Both the position numbers and the translations under genes were made by a program. This document shows, in pieces, positions 32,791 to 46,710 of a stretch of 64,000 bases of DNA (position 1 is the stretch's first letter; each line of letters begins with the position of its first letter). Under the pieces are notes generated by a model. The model did no database searches and was not told the origin of the DNA. It saw only the letters and a list, made by a program, of their open reading frames with translations. Source of the stretch: an uncultured Acidobacteriota bacterium. Lineage in GTDB: Bacteria; Acidobacteriota; Thermoanaerobaculia; Multivoradales; UBA5704. Location of the stretch: assembly GCA_963700145.1 (NCBI GenBank), contig OY969474.1, positions 1,152,001 through 1,216,000 of the forward strand. Direction: 5' to 3'.

Positions 32791-34854
32791 CTACCCCCTG
32801 CGCAGCTCGTCGACCCGCCGCAGCGTCGCCAGCACCTCGGGGTCGGTCGAGAGCTCCTCGAAGCCGAGCCGCGCCTTGCGCCGCCAGTTGGGCCGCTCGT
32901 CGGTCGTCCCCGGGACGTTCTGCGGCTCCGTCTCCCCCCAGAGGTCCTCCAGGTTCACCAGCATCAGCCGTGCCGGGCTCGCCGCCAGGCGCTCGAGAAG
33001 GCGCCGCAGCACTTCTTGAACATCGGGCGGCTCGTCCTGCAAATCGCGGGGCCGGACCAGCGCCTCGAGCTCCCGCCGGGTCGCCTCCCGCCGCTCGCGC
33101 TCGACGCGCGCCTGCTCCTCGTCGAGGAGCCCCAGCTCCTGCCGGTCGGCGATGTCCAACCCCTCCCAGAAGGCCTTGAACGGCGGCATGTCGTGCGTGT
33201 TGAGGCTGGCCACGGTCGCCGCCGGCGGGGTCCGCTCCAAACCCGGCGCCCCCGGCGCCAGCTCATACTGCATGACGTACATGCCGAGCACGCCGCGCCG
33301 CTCCAGCGCCGCGTTGACCTCCGGCGGTACGGTCCCCAGGTTCTCGCCCACCAGCAGCGCCTGGTAGCGGTGCGACTCGAGAGCCAGCACCGCGAGCAGC
33401 TCCTCCGCAGGGTACCGCACATAGACCCCGTCCTTCGCCTCCAACCCTTGCGGGATCCAGAACAGCCGGTAGAGCTGCATGACGTGGTCGAGGCGGAGGA
33501 CGCCGGCGTGCTCCAGGTGGTGGCGGAGGCAAGCGACGAGGTAGGCGTAGCCCTGCTCGCGCAGCGCCTCGGGCTTGAGCGGCGGGAAGCCCCAGTCCTG
33601 CCCCTTGGTGAAGAAGGTGTCCGGCGGCGCGCCGGCCGACGCCCCCTCGGCGAAGAGGGCGCGCTCGCGCCAGACGTCGTAGGCGGCGCCGTGGACGCCG
33701 ACCGGCAGGTCGAGGTAGAGGCCCGGACCGCGGCGCCGCGCCTGGTCCGCCAGCTCGCGCATCTGCGCGTCGGCCGCCCACTGCGCCCAGAGGTGGTAGC
33801 GGAAGTCCTCGGCGTCGTAGTCGGCCGGCGCCAGGCTCCCGGCGCGCAGCCGCTGGGGCCAGCACTGCCAGGGCTCCCCGCGCCGGTCGCCGACGGCGCG
33901 GAAGGCCGCCCAGCGCTCGACTTCCGGGCGCGCCGCGAGGAAGCGCTCGAAGGCGTCGCGGCGGTCGGAGGGGCGGGCGAAGAAGCTCTCCGCCAGCTCC
34001 TCGAGGACGCGGCGCTTGAGCGTGATGACCCGCTCGTAGTCGACCAGCGCCGAGGCGCGCGCCGCCTCGACCTGCGACTCCAGCTCGACGCTCTCGAGGA
34101 GGCGCCGCACCCCCGGGGCGTGCTCCACCTCCGGCAGGGCCCGCGGGTCGAGGTAGAGCTCGTTCCAGAACAGGCGGCTCGCCGGCCCGTACGGGCTGGG
34201 CTCGAACGGCTGGTCGAGGAAGGCGGCGAGGAGCGGCAGGGTGGCGACGACACCGCCGCCGAGACCTGCCGTCCAGTCGGCCAGCGCCCGCAGGTCGCTG
34301 AGGTCGCCGGCCCCCCAGCTCGCCCGCGTGTGCAGCGCGTAGAGCGGCAGGAAGACGCCCCAGAGCCGCCCGCCGTCGCCCTCCCACGCCCGCTCCGGGG
34401 CGGCGAGCACGGACGCTTCCGCGGTCCGCCCGCCGGCGCTCACCGTCAGCCGGTGGTGGCCGGGGGGGAGGCCGGCGAGCGGCAGCGCCAGGCGCGGCGT
34501 GCCCTCCGGGCCGGGCGCCGCCGCCGACAGGTCGCGGGCGGCGACGCGCCATTCCTTCTCGCCCCCCTCCTCGAAGCGGACGTGGACGACCGCCTCGCCG
34601 CCGAGGAGGCGGAGCGGCGCGCTGCCGGCGCCGTTCCAGGCCACGACGACCGGCTCGACGAGCTGCTCGGCCAGCTCCTGCCGCCGCGCCGCCAGGGACT
34701 CCGCCGCGTCGCCGTCCACCAGCGCGTCCAGCGCCGCGAGCGTCCCCGCCAGCGCCTCCTCGCTCGCCCGCCGCGGGGCGCCGTTCACGTCCTGGTACTC
34801 GGTCTCGACGCCGTAGAGCCGCGCCAGCTCCCGCAGCGCGTCCGGTCCGGGCAC
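32791..34854 (-). CDS. malQ: 4-alpha-glucanotransferase (GH77)
   Basis: EPSPY, GAPPD..GQDWG, LRLDHV, GENLG, THDMP, QNVPGT...NWR. Confidence 0.92.
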   Translation of the reverse strand: MPGPDALRELARLYGVETEYQDVNGAPRRASEEALAGTLAALDALVDGDAAESLAARRQELAEQLVEPVVVAWNGAGSAPLRLLGGEAVVHVRFEEGGEKEWRVAARDLSAAAPGPEGTPRLALPLAGLPPGHHRLTVSAGGRTAEASVLAAPERAWEGDGGRLWGVFLPLYALHTRASWGAGDLSDLRALADWTAGLGGGVVATLPLLAAFLDQPFEPSPYGPASRLFWNELYLDPRALPEVEHAPGVRRLLESVELESQVEAARASALVDYERVITLKRRVLEELAESFFARPSDRRDAFERFLAARPEVERWAAFRAVGDRRGEPWQCWPQRLRAGSLAPADYDAEDFRYHLWAQWAADAQMRELADQARRRGPGLYLDLPVGVHGAAYDVWRERALFAEGASAGAPPDTFFTKGQDWGFPPLKPEALREQGYAYLVACLRHHLEHAGVLRLDHVMQLYRLFWIPQGLEAKDGVYVRYPAEELLAVLALESHRYQALLVGENLGTVPPEVNAALERRGVLGMYVMQYELAPGAPGLERTPPAATVASLNTHDMPPFKAFWEGLDIADRQELGLLDEEQARVERERREATRRELEALVRPRDLQDEPPDVQEVLRRLLERLAASPARLMLVNLEDLWGETEPQNVPGTTDERPNWRRKARLGFEELSTDPEVLATLRRVDELRRG

Positions 34855-34865
34855 GCCCGCCCGCC

Positions 34866-38174
<3,309 letters not shown>

Positions 38175-38192
38175 GGACTCCAGGTGGGAAGG

Positions 38193-40259
<2,067 letters not shown>

Positions 40260-40335
40260 CCGTCCCTCCGCGGCGCGTAGTTTTCCAGACCGGAGCGGTC
40301 GGCGCTAGGTGGGGGTCGTGTGGCTCGTCCGCCGA

Positions 40336-41094
40336 CTAGACCTTCCGGGCGACGACGATGTCCTGGTAGTAGGGACCGGCGACGGCCTTCCAGTAGCCGG
40401 CGTGCAGGGAGACGGGCTGCAGGCCGTGACGCTCCAGATGGCGGGCCACCCAGCTCGGCTCGTAGGCGATCCCGTCCTCGGGAACGTCGGGATCGTGCAG
40501 CAGGCCTTCCTCGATCGGGTAAGAGAACGTGGGGTACGTCGTGCCGGTCCGGGCGGCCAGCCACCCGGCTTCATCGAGAAGAAAGTACGTCGAGAAGAGC
40601 CGGCCCCCGCTGCGGAGCGAGCGGGAGATCTGCGCCATGTAGTTCTGCGCCGCCCCGGGAAGGAGGTGGGTGAAGATCGAGATGGCGATGACGAGATCGA
40701 ACGACGCCGGCGGCCAGGTGAACACGTAGTGTTCCGGCGGGACCGACCCGTTGACGTTGTAAGCCGGCGTGCGGACGTCGGCATGAAAGAACTCGAATCG
40801 GCGCGGGGGCAGCTGCAAGTGCTCCGCGCACCAGTCGACGTAGACCTTCGCCGCGTCGAAGCCCACGTAGCGCCCGAACGGACCGAGGCGGTGCGACAAC
40901 GGCCAGGCGATGCGCCCCAGACCGCAGCCGACGTCCAGCACCCGATCCGAACGCCGAATCCCCGCGAGCTGCGCGATGAGCGCCACGGTGTGCTCGCCCG
41001 TCTGCCAGTAGTCCCCCGGCCCCATCCCATCCACGAGGTTGGCCGGCGGCAGCGGCGGCCGTCTGCGGTTCTGCTTCAGTGACCAGAGCGACAC
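40336..41094 (-). CDS. Class I SAM-dependent methyltransferase
   Basis: VLDVGCGLGR, FDLVIAISIFTHL. Confidence 0.85.
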   Translation of the reverse strand: MSLWSLKQNRRRPPLPPANLVDGMGPGDYWQTGEHTVALIAQLAGIRRSDRVLDVGCGLGRIAWPLSHRLGPFGRYVGFDAAKVYVDWCAEHLQLPPRRFEFFHADVRTPAYNVNGSVPPEHYVFTWPPASFDLVIAISIFTHLLPGAAQNYMAQISRSLRSGGRLFSTYFLLDEAGWLAARTGTTYPTFSYPIEEGLLHDPDVPEDGIAYEPSWVARHLERHGLQPVSLHAGYWKAVAGPYYQDIVVARKV

Positions 41095-41199
41095 ATACCT
41101 TCCTAGCGACGCCCAATGCTACTGCCGGGCTGCACGTCCACGTGCAACGCCTGGCCGATGGAATCGCCGAATCTGCGATCTGCGCTACACTCCTCACAG

Positions 41200-41679
41200 A
41201 TGGACGATTCGGGCGACTGGCTGGCGCAGAAGATCGCGGAGGACGGCGAGCGCATCCTTTCTCTGCTGCGCAGAGTCGTCGCCACCTGCGGGGTGACCCG
41301 CAAGGAGCTCGATGAGATCCTGCACAAAGGGGCGGGGTTCACGAGCGCGGTCCTGACCAGTCGGATCGAGCTCAAGCAAGAGCACGTCTCGGCGATCCTT
41401 CTCGGGCTCGGGGTCCACCCGAGCCTGTTCTACGAGGTGCTCTACCCCAGGGACCGCCCCATCGGGCCGATCGAGGCGACGGCCGATGCCGCCCGGCGGC
41501 TGGCGCTCGCCAGCCTCGGGCCGCCGCAGGTTCCGGCCCCGCCGCCGCCCGCTCCGCCGTCGCTCTCCCCCGCCGAGATCCAAGCGCTGATCGACGAGTC
41601 CGTGCGGCGCGCTCTCGCCGGCGCCGCGAGCCAGCCGCAGCGCAAGCGGCAGCCCGGCAAGCCGAAGCGCGCGCCTTAG
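41200..41679 (+). CDS. Putative XRE-like HTH regulator
   Basis: GVTRKELDEILHKGAGFTSAVLTSRIELK...ILLGLGVHP..F resembles a cro/C1-type HTH; start uncertain. Confidence 0.55.
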   Translation: MDDSGDWLAQKIAEDGERILSLLRRVVATCGVTRKELDEILHKGAGFTSAVLTSRIELKQEHVSAILLGLGVHPSLFYEVLYPRDRPIGPIEATADAARRLALASLGPPQVPAPPPPAPPSLSPAEIQALIDESVRRALAGAASQPQRKRQPGKPKRAP

Positions 41680-41691
41680 GAGGACGAACCC

Positions 41692-42228
41692 GTGGAATCC
41701 GTGAAGACAACCTCTGAATCGCGCACTTACGAAGTCAGGGCCTGGGAGTTCAACCTTCTCTTCGTCGAGCTCATTCTGCTCGCCGCACTGGCCGTCGCCT
41801 GGATCTGGTCGCTCGGCCCTAGTTTCCTCGGCGCCGGGCCGCCCTGGGCGAACGCCGCCCTGAAGGGATTTGGGTTCTTCCTCCTCGGGCTGGCGCTCTA
41901 CCCCGTGCTTTCGATCCAGAGCAGGAATTCGCACGGGCGCGAGCTGTCGCTCGGCCTCTGGATTGCCGGAGCCTTCGCGGCCTCCGTGTCACACACGACT
42001 GAGAGAGTGGCCCCTCCGGCGAGCGGCGCGGTGACGCCGCTCGCCGGCCTAGCTCAAGACGCATCCCCAATCAGGCGAATCAGGGTTGAGCGAAGATCAC
42101 GTCGTAGGTCGAAACCGGCCGCAGCTTCTCCTGCGAGTTTGACGACCAGGCGCGAGCTTGATACCGCAGGAGATTGCCGTGGGCATCTCTCCGCTCCACC
42201 GTCCTGTACGTGTACTCCAGAGCTGTGA
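41692..42228 (+). CDS. Hypothetical membrane protein (about 3 TM; 3' end doubtful)
   Basis: AGGAGG RBS; hydrophobic segments; tail overlaps the convergent gene by ~150 bp. Confidence 0.5.
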   Translation: MESVKTTSESRTYEVRAWEFNLLFVELILLAALAVAWIWSLGPSFLGAGPPWANAALKGFGFFLLGLALYPVLSIQSRNSHGRELSLGLWIAGAFAASVSHTTERVAPPASGAVTPLAGLAQDASPIRRIRVERRSRRRSKPAAASPASLTTRRELDTAGDCRGHLSAPPSCTCTPEL

Positions 42229-43030
42229 TCGCCGTCTGCGCGAGCGGCCGGATCTCAGCGGATTGCGACACGCCGTCGCGGTTCGTGTCGACCCAAACGC
42301 AAAGCTCACCGAACACGGCGTCGGCCGCGTCGATCAAGCCGTCGCCGTTGCCACCGAGTTGCAGATCATCGAGTTCGGCGAGGGCCGCATAGCCGATCTG
42401 CGCCCGCTCGCCCGACAAGAGCCGGGTAGCCCAGCCAAAGAGCTCTCCTCCATCGTCGATCACGCCATTGGCGTTGAGGTCGCGGCAGAGAAAGGCATCC
42501 TCCTCGCCGGCGCTAGTCCAGGCCAGCGCCTCGGGAGCGCCGTCGGCATCGAGATCGAACCAGGCCGGCTCCTCCGGACCGGAAAGGTGGAAACCGTTCT
42601 GGTCCAGGTCAAGAAGAATCGGACACCCATCAGGGGGCGGGCTGTCCGCCGGCAGGCAGGCTTGATTCGAGCCCCATTGGTTCGTGTAGGACGAGCCATA
42701 GATCGAGACGGTGACGCGAGCACGGTAACACTGACCGGCCGTTCCTGTATTGCGAATGTAACCGATGTATTCGCCGGCACTGACGTACGACTCCCCAGCC
42801 AGCCAGCCGCCGTCCTCCGTATCGTAGATGTAGTGGTCGCCTGCGAGCTGACACTGGGGATCCGCGTGGCCGAGGAAGTTGAAGCACTCGACCGCGGCCG
42901 AGGAGTCGATATTTTGGTTTCCGCGCCTAGTGATGGCGATCGAGCCGACCGCGTAGCTACCCTGCGAGGCCGCGGGCTGTGGAAGGGCAAAGCACGTGAG
43001 AAGCAAGGCTGCGAGGCTGCCGCGCCTCAT
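42080..43030 (-). CDS. Secreted protein with C-terminal FrpC self-processing-module (SPM)-like Ca-binding domain
   Basis: Signal peptide; CPILLDLDQNG...FDLDADG...RDLNANGVIDDGGELFG...GYAALAELD...WVDTNRDGVSQ.AE. Confidence 0.8.
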   Translation of the reverse strand: MRRGSLAALLLTCFALPQPAASQGSYAVGSIAITRRGNQNIDSSAAVECFNFLGHADPQCQLAGDHYIYDTEDGGWLAGESYVSAGEYIGYIRNTGTAGQCYRARVTVSIYGSSYTNQWGSNQACLPADSPPPDGCPILLDLDQNGFHLSGPEEPAWFDLDADGAPEALAWTSAGEEDAFLCRDLNANGVIDDGGELFGWATRLLSGERAQIGYAALAELDDLQLGGNGDGLIDAADAVFGELCVWVDTNRDGVSQSAEIRPLAQTAITALEYTYRTVERRDAHGNLLRYQARAWSSNSQEKLRPVSTYDVIFAQP

Positions 43031-43725
43031 TGACAGCCTCCTTCCGCCTGCCTCAGCTGTTCTGGCCAGCTCTCGTGCTCTGGCCAGACGATGCCGATGT
43101 CGGGAGCGACAGCCTCATAGAGAAAACGATCGAACCATGCGGCCCCAAACTCATTACGCGCCCGCACGAGTCCACGATGGCGCTTCTCGCAGAAGCCATG
43201 TGTGGCTTCGTCAATCCTCATCGAAATGCCTTCGCGCGCTGCCTTCGGTGCTCGATTGAGCTCGGCGATCAGAGCCCGGCGAGTGTTCGCCGCTGCCAGG
43301 TAGTCTCCGCCGCCGACTTGGAGGCGCACCCAAAAGTTCGCGGGCAGCCCTCCTCCAGGCGCTCGCGCCTCGACTTGCCGGCGGAAATCCTCTTGCAGTG
43401 ACACCAGTGGATGGAACGCGCGGGAGAGGAGGTGCTGGTAGACCTCCCAAGGTAGAAGCAGCTCGGGATTACGGGCTCCATTGATCACGGCAAACCCTGG
43501 CGCCGGAACAGGCCCCGGTTCGTCCTTCCTCGCGAGAGCCGCCGCGCGGCGCGCCGCGATCTGCTCGGGATCGAACCGGGCGGCCAACCGGTCTTCGGTC
43601 GTCCACTCCCACGCCGGCTTGGGAGTGGCCTCCGTCCGATCGGATGCCGCGAGCGGGAGAAGGGGGGAAAGGGAACAAAGGATCCCCAGCCATCCCGCCC
43701 TGCTGATTTCGGTAAACCTCCGCAT
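43027..43725 (-). CDS. Hypothetical exported protein, translationally coupled to the SPM-like gene
   Basis: Signal-like N-terminus; helical body; ATGA overlap at 43027-43030. Confidence 0.7.
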   Translation of the reverse strand: MRRFTEISRAGWLGILCSLSPLLPLAASDRTEATPKPAWEWTTEDRLAARFDPEQIAARRAAALARKDEPGPVPAPGFAVINGARNPELLLPWEVYQHLLSRAFHPLVSLQEDFRRQVEARAPGGGLPANFWVRLQVGGGDYLAAANTRRALIAELNRAPKAAREGISMRIDEATHGFCEKRHRGLVRARNEFGAAWFDRFLYEAVAPDIGIVWPEHESWPEQLRQAEGGCQ

Positions 43726-44018
43726 AGGATGCCCTCGGACGGAGCACCGTCCCGGTGCCGGGATTGGAACCTGCGGCTCTCGTCCTTCCTCAGTTTCTAA
43801 AGTGCGGACTTTACCGCCGGATGGGACAAAAGACAAGAAAACCGTGGAGGACGCAACAGAAACGGTCCCAGGGAGGCTGTAGAAACACCAGGAGGGGCCT
43901 CCGAGACTATCCCGCGGAGGAGTCGGCGCGTTAGCGCTCGTTGTACTTGAGGCCGCTCTCAAATGCCGAGTGCGGCGAAAGCCCCTCGGCGGGACAGCTC
44001 CGATTCCCGGCCAATGGG

Positions 44019-44257
44019 GAAGCTTCCCTTTTGAAAAGCGAAGCTTCCCCTTTGCAGAGCGAAGCTTCCCTTTTCGTTGGCGAAGCTTCCCTCTTGAAAG
44101 GCGAAGCTTCGCTTTCCGACGGCGAAGCTTGTCTTTTGGAAAGCGAAGCTTCGCTCTCGGACAGGGAAGCTTCCCCTTTGCACAGCCAAGCTTCGCTTTC
44201 CGGTGGCGAAGCTTCGCTCTTGAAAAGGGAAGCTTCGCCAACGCGTGGCGGGGCTTC
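44019..44257. repeat. Tandem array with exact 21-bp period and palindromic GAAGCTTC core (11 copies plus 1 degenerate)
   Basis: Cores start at 44019, 44040, 44061, 44082, 44103, 44124, 44145, 44166, 44187, 44208, 44229 and (44250). Confidence 0.95.
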
Positions 44258-44296
44258 CCGCCGGGGTAGCATCCACTCGCTCAGCAGCCGACGTAC

Positions 44297-45169
44297 ATGC
44301 TCCCGGAGGGTCACATGCCCGACGTGTGGGAGCCGCTGGTCCGGATCGACACCGCGCGGTGGATCGCCGCGCGGCAGCAGCTGCATGCGGCGGCGCAGGC
44401 GGCCGCGGCGCCGGGGAAGCAGCTCCTCCCCCACCAGCCGGACTTTAGCGAGCAGAGCTTCTGCTGGGACGAGGCGGCGCGGGCGCTGGCGCAGGGGGTG
44501 ATCGCCGGGCCGCGGCCGGTGCGCTCGGCGCTCCGGCCCGACCCGCCGGCCCTTCTCCTTCTCGACGGCGCAAGCCCCGCCGCACTGCGCGAGCTGCCGC
44601 TCGACGGCCTGACCCTCGAAGACGCCTTCGGCTGGCTGGAGTCCGAGCTCGCCGCGCTCCTCGGCCGCCCGGTGGCGTTCGACCGGCCGGCCGAGCCGCC
44701 GCCGCTCCCCACCGGCACCGGCGGCCGCTTCTCGACCGCCGACACCGAGGCCTTCGCGGCCCTCGCCGCCTGGTTCGCCGGCGGCCACCGGCTGCTCGCC
44801 GCCGTCGCGGCCTGCCACCCGGGGGCCGCGCCGGTGCGCTGCTGGCCGCACCACTTCGACATCGCCACCCTGCTGCCGCTCGACGAAGGCGGCGATCCGG
44901 AGACCGCGCGCTCGATCGGCGTGGGGCTCCAGCCGGGGGACGGCGCGCGGCCGGAGCCCTACCTCTACGTCACCCCCTGGCCCTACCCGGACGCCGCGCG
45001 CCTGCCGCCGCTTGCCGTGGGCTGCTGGCACATCGAGGGCTGGACGGGCGCGGTGCTGGAGGCCGAAGCTCTCGTCGCAGCGGGCATGGCGGCGGAGCAG
45101 GCGCGCCGGGCCGAGCGCTTTCTCGACGGGGCGGTCGCCGCCTGCCGGGAGCTGCTGGAACGGGACTGA
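44297..45169 (+). CDS. Hypothetical protein (DUF5996-like)
   Basis: LHAAAQ, VRCWPHHFDIA, PGD...PEPYLYVTPWP; host-like codon use. Confidence 0.65.
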   Translation: MLPEGHMPDVWEPLVRIDTARWIAARQQLHAAAQAAAAPGKQLLPHQPDFSEQSFCWDEAARALAQGVIAGPRPVRSALRPDPPALLLLDGASPAALRELPLDGLTLEDAFGWLESELAALLGRPVAFDRPAEPPPLPTGTGGRFSTADTEAFAALAAWFAGGHRLLAAVAACHPGAAPVRCWPHHFDIATLLPLDEGGDPETARSIGVGLQPGDGARPEPYLYVTPWPYPDAARLPPLAVGCWHIEGWTGAVLEAEALVAAGMAAEQARRAERFLDGAVAACRELLERD

Positions 45170-45188
45170 GACCCTGGGAGGAGGAACG

Positions 45189-46346
45189 ATGGCCGACGAA
45201 CGCTGGGTCGAGCTGGGAGACGTCGAGGAGCTCAAGCACCCGCCCTTGCGGCAGGTCACGATCGGCCGCACCCGCATCGCGCTCTCCTGGCGGGACGGCC
45301 GCTTCGGCGCCGTCTCCGGCGCCTGCAACCACGTCGGCGGGCCGCTCGGTGAGGGGACGCTCGACGGCGACTACGTCGTCTGCCCCTGGCACCACTGGAA
45401 GTTCCACCGCGCGACCGGCGAGGGGGAGCCCGGCTTCGAGGCCGACCGCGTGCCGCGCTACGAGCTGCGCGAGGAGGGCGGGAAGCTCCTCGTCAACCTC
45501 GCGCCGGCGACCCGGCGCAACAAGCTGCCGCACGCGCCGCACCCGCTCACCCGGCCGCTCGAGCGGGCGCCGGGGCCGGTGCGCCTCTTGGGGATCTCGA
45601 CGACGGCGATGGACAACGCGTACCCGCGCTACTCGACCTCGGACGCCCTCCTCGAGAGCGCCCTGGCGGCCGCCGGCGAGCACGGCGCCGAGACCAAGCT
45701 CGTGCGCCTGCGCGACCTCCGCTTCCGCGCCTGCGAGGGCTACTACTCGAAGGCCGCCCACGCCTGCACCTGGCCCTGCTCGATCACCGAGATGGACCCG
45801 CAGGACCAGATGGACGCGGTCTACGAGGGGATGGTCCACTGGGGGGACGTGCTGCTGCTCTCGACGCCGATCCGCTGGGGGTCGGCGAGCTCGCTCTTTT
45901 TCAAGATGGCCGAGCGCCTCAACTGCGTGCAGAACCAGGTGACGATCGGCAACCGCGTCCTGCTGCGCAACAAGGTGGCGGCGTTCATCATCACCGGCGG
46001 CCAGGACAACGTCCAGTCAGTGGCCGGGCACCTCCTCGGCTTCTTCGGCGAGCTGGGGTACCTCTTCCCGCAGTTCCCTTACGTCGCCCACAGCCGCGGC
46101 TGGTCGGCCGAGGACATGGAGCGCAACGTCGCCTTCGTGCAGCAGAGCCGCGCGCTGCACGAGGGGGCGGCGGCCCTCGCCCGCCGCGCGGTGGACATGG
46201 CGGGCCTGCTCCTCGCCGCCCACGCCGCCGAGGCGCCGCGGGTCGAGCGCGCCGGCCGCAAGGGGTGCCCGCCGACGATGCACGAGTCCCCGGCCAAGGC
46301 CGCGGCGGAGACCGAAGCGGCCGCCGCCGCGCCCCCCGGCGGCTGA
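45189..46346 (+). CDS. Rieske [2Fe-2S] domain fused to flavodoxin-like NAD(P)H oxidoreductase
   Basis: CNH...CPWH; then ACEG...CTWPC, STPIRWG, GGQD; GGAGGAGG RBS. Confidence 0.85.
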   Translation: MADERWVELGDVEELKHPPLRQVTIGRTRIALSWRDGRFGAVSGACNHVGGPLGEGTLDGDYVVCPWHHWKFHRATGEGEPGFEADRVPRYELREEGGKLLVNLAPATRRNKLPHAPHPLTRPLERAPGPVRLLGISTTAMDNAYPRYSTSDALLESALAAAGEHGAETKLVRLRDLRFRACEGYYSKAAHACTWPCSITEMDPQDQMDAVYEGMVHWGDVLLLSTPIRWGSASSLFFKMAERLNCVQNQVTIGNRVLLRNKVAAFIITGGQDNVQSVAGHLLGFFGELGYLFPQFPYVAHSRGWSAEDMERNVAFVQQSRALHEGAAALARRAVDMAGLLLAAHAAEAPRVERAGRKGCPPTMHESPAKAAAETEAAAAAPPGG

Positions 46347-46449
46347 GCAACCATCCCGCCTTCCGGCGGGACATACCGGGTGCGGCGTAAATTTTCCCCG
46401 CCCCGGCTGTTACGAAACGGCCGTCCGGCGCGTAGTAAAGGACGAGAGG

Positions 46450-46710
46450 ATGCGCACCTCCCCCGACGCCCCCCGCGAGCGGCGCCCCCGGCGCCCGGCC
46501 GCCCCCCGCCCCGAAGTCGTGGCGGAGGTGGCGCGGGAGTGTCTGCGCCGCGAGCGCGAGCGGGCCGCCGCGCCCGACCCCTCCCCCGTCCCGGCGGTGC
46601 CGCGCGCCACTCGCGAGCCCTGGAGCCGGCGCAAGCGCCCCACCGGCTCGGCGCCGACGATCGAGCTGATCCGCTCGCTCGCCCGCGGCGAGCGCACCCG
46701 CCAGCAGTGA
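46450..46710 (+). CDS. Small hypothetical protein
   Basis: GAGAGG before ATG; GTGA overlap with next gene. Confidence 0.45.
   Translation: MRTSPDAPRERRPRRPAAPRPEVVAEVARECLRRERERAAAPDPSPVPAVPRATREPWSRRKRPTGSAPTIELIRSLARGERTRQQ

Noticed and set aside
43752-43785. tRNA fragment (minus strand GGTTCCAATCCC resembles a T-loop)
   Set aside because: T-stem pairs poorly; no acceptor or anticodon arms; no integrase nearby
43726-44241. K-L-R heptad extension on the 43027 ORF
   Set aside because: Frame is open only because the array lacks stops; a signal-like N-terminus begins at ATG 43725
44019-44257. CRISPR array
   Set aside because: 8-bp repeat and 13-bp mutually similar spacers are far outside CRISPR dimensions; no cas genes in the window
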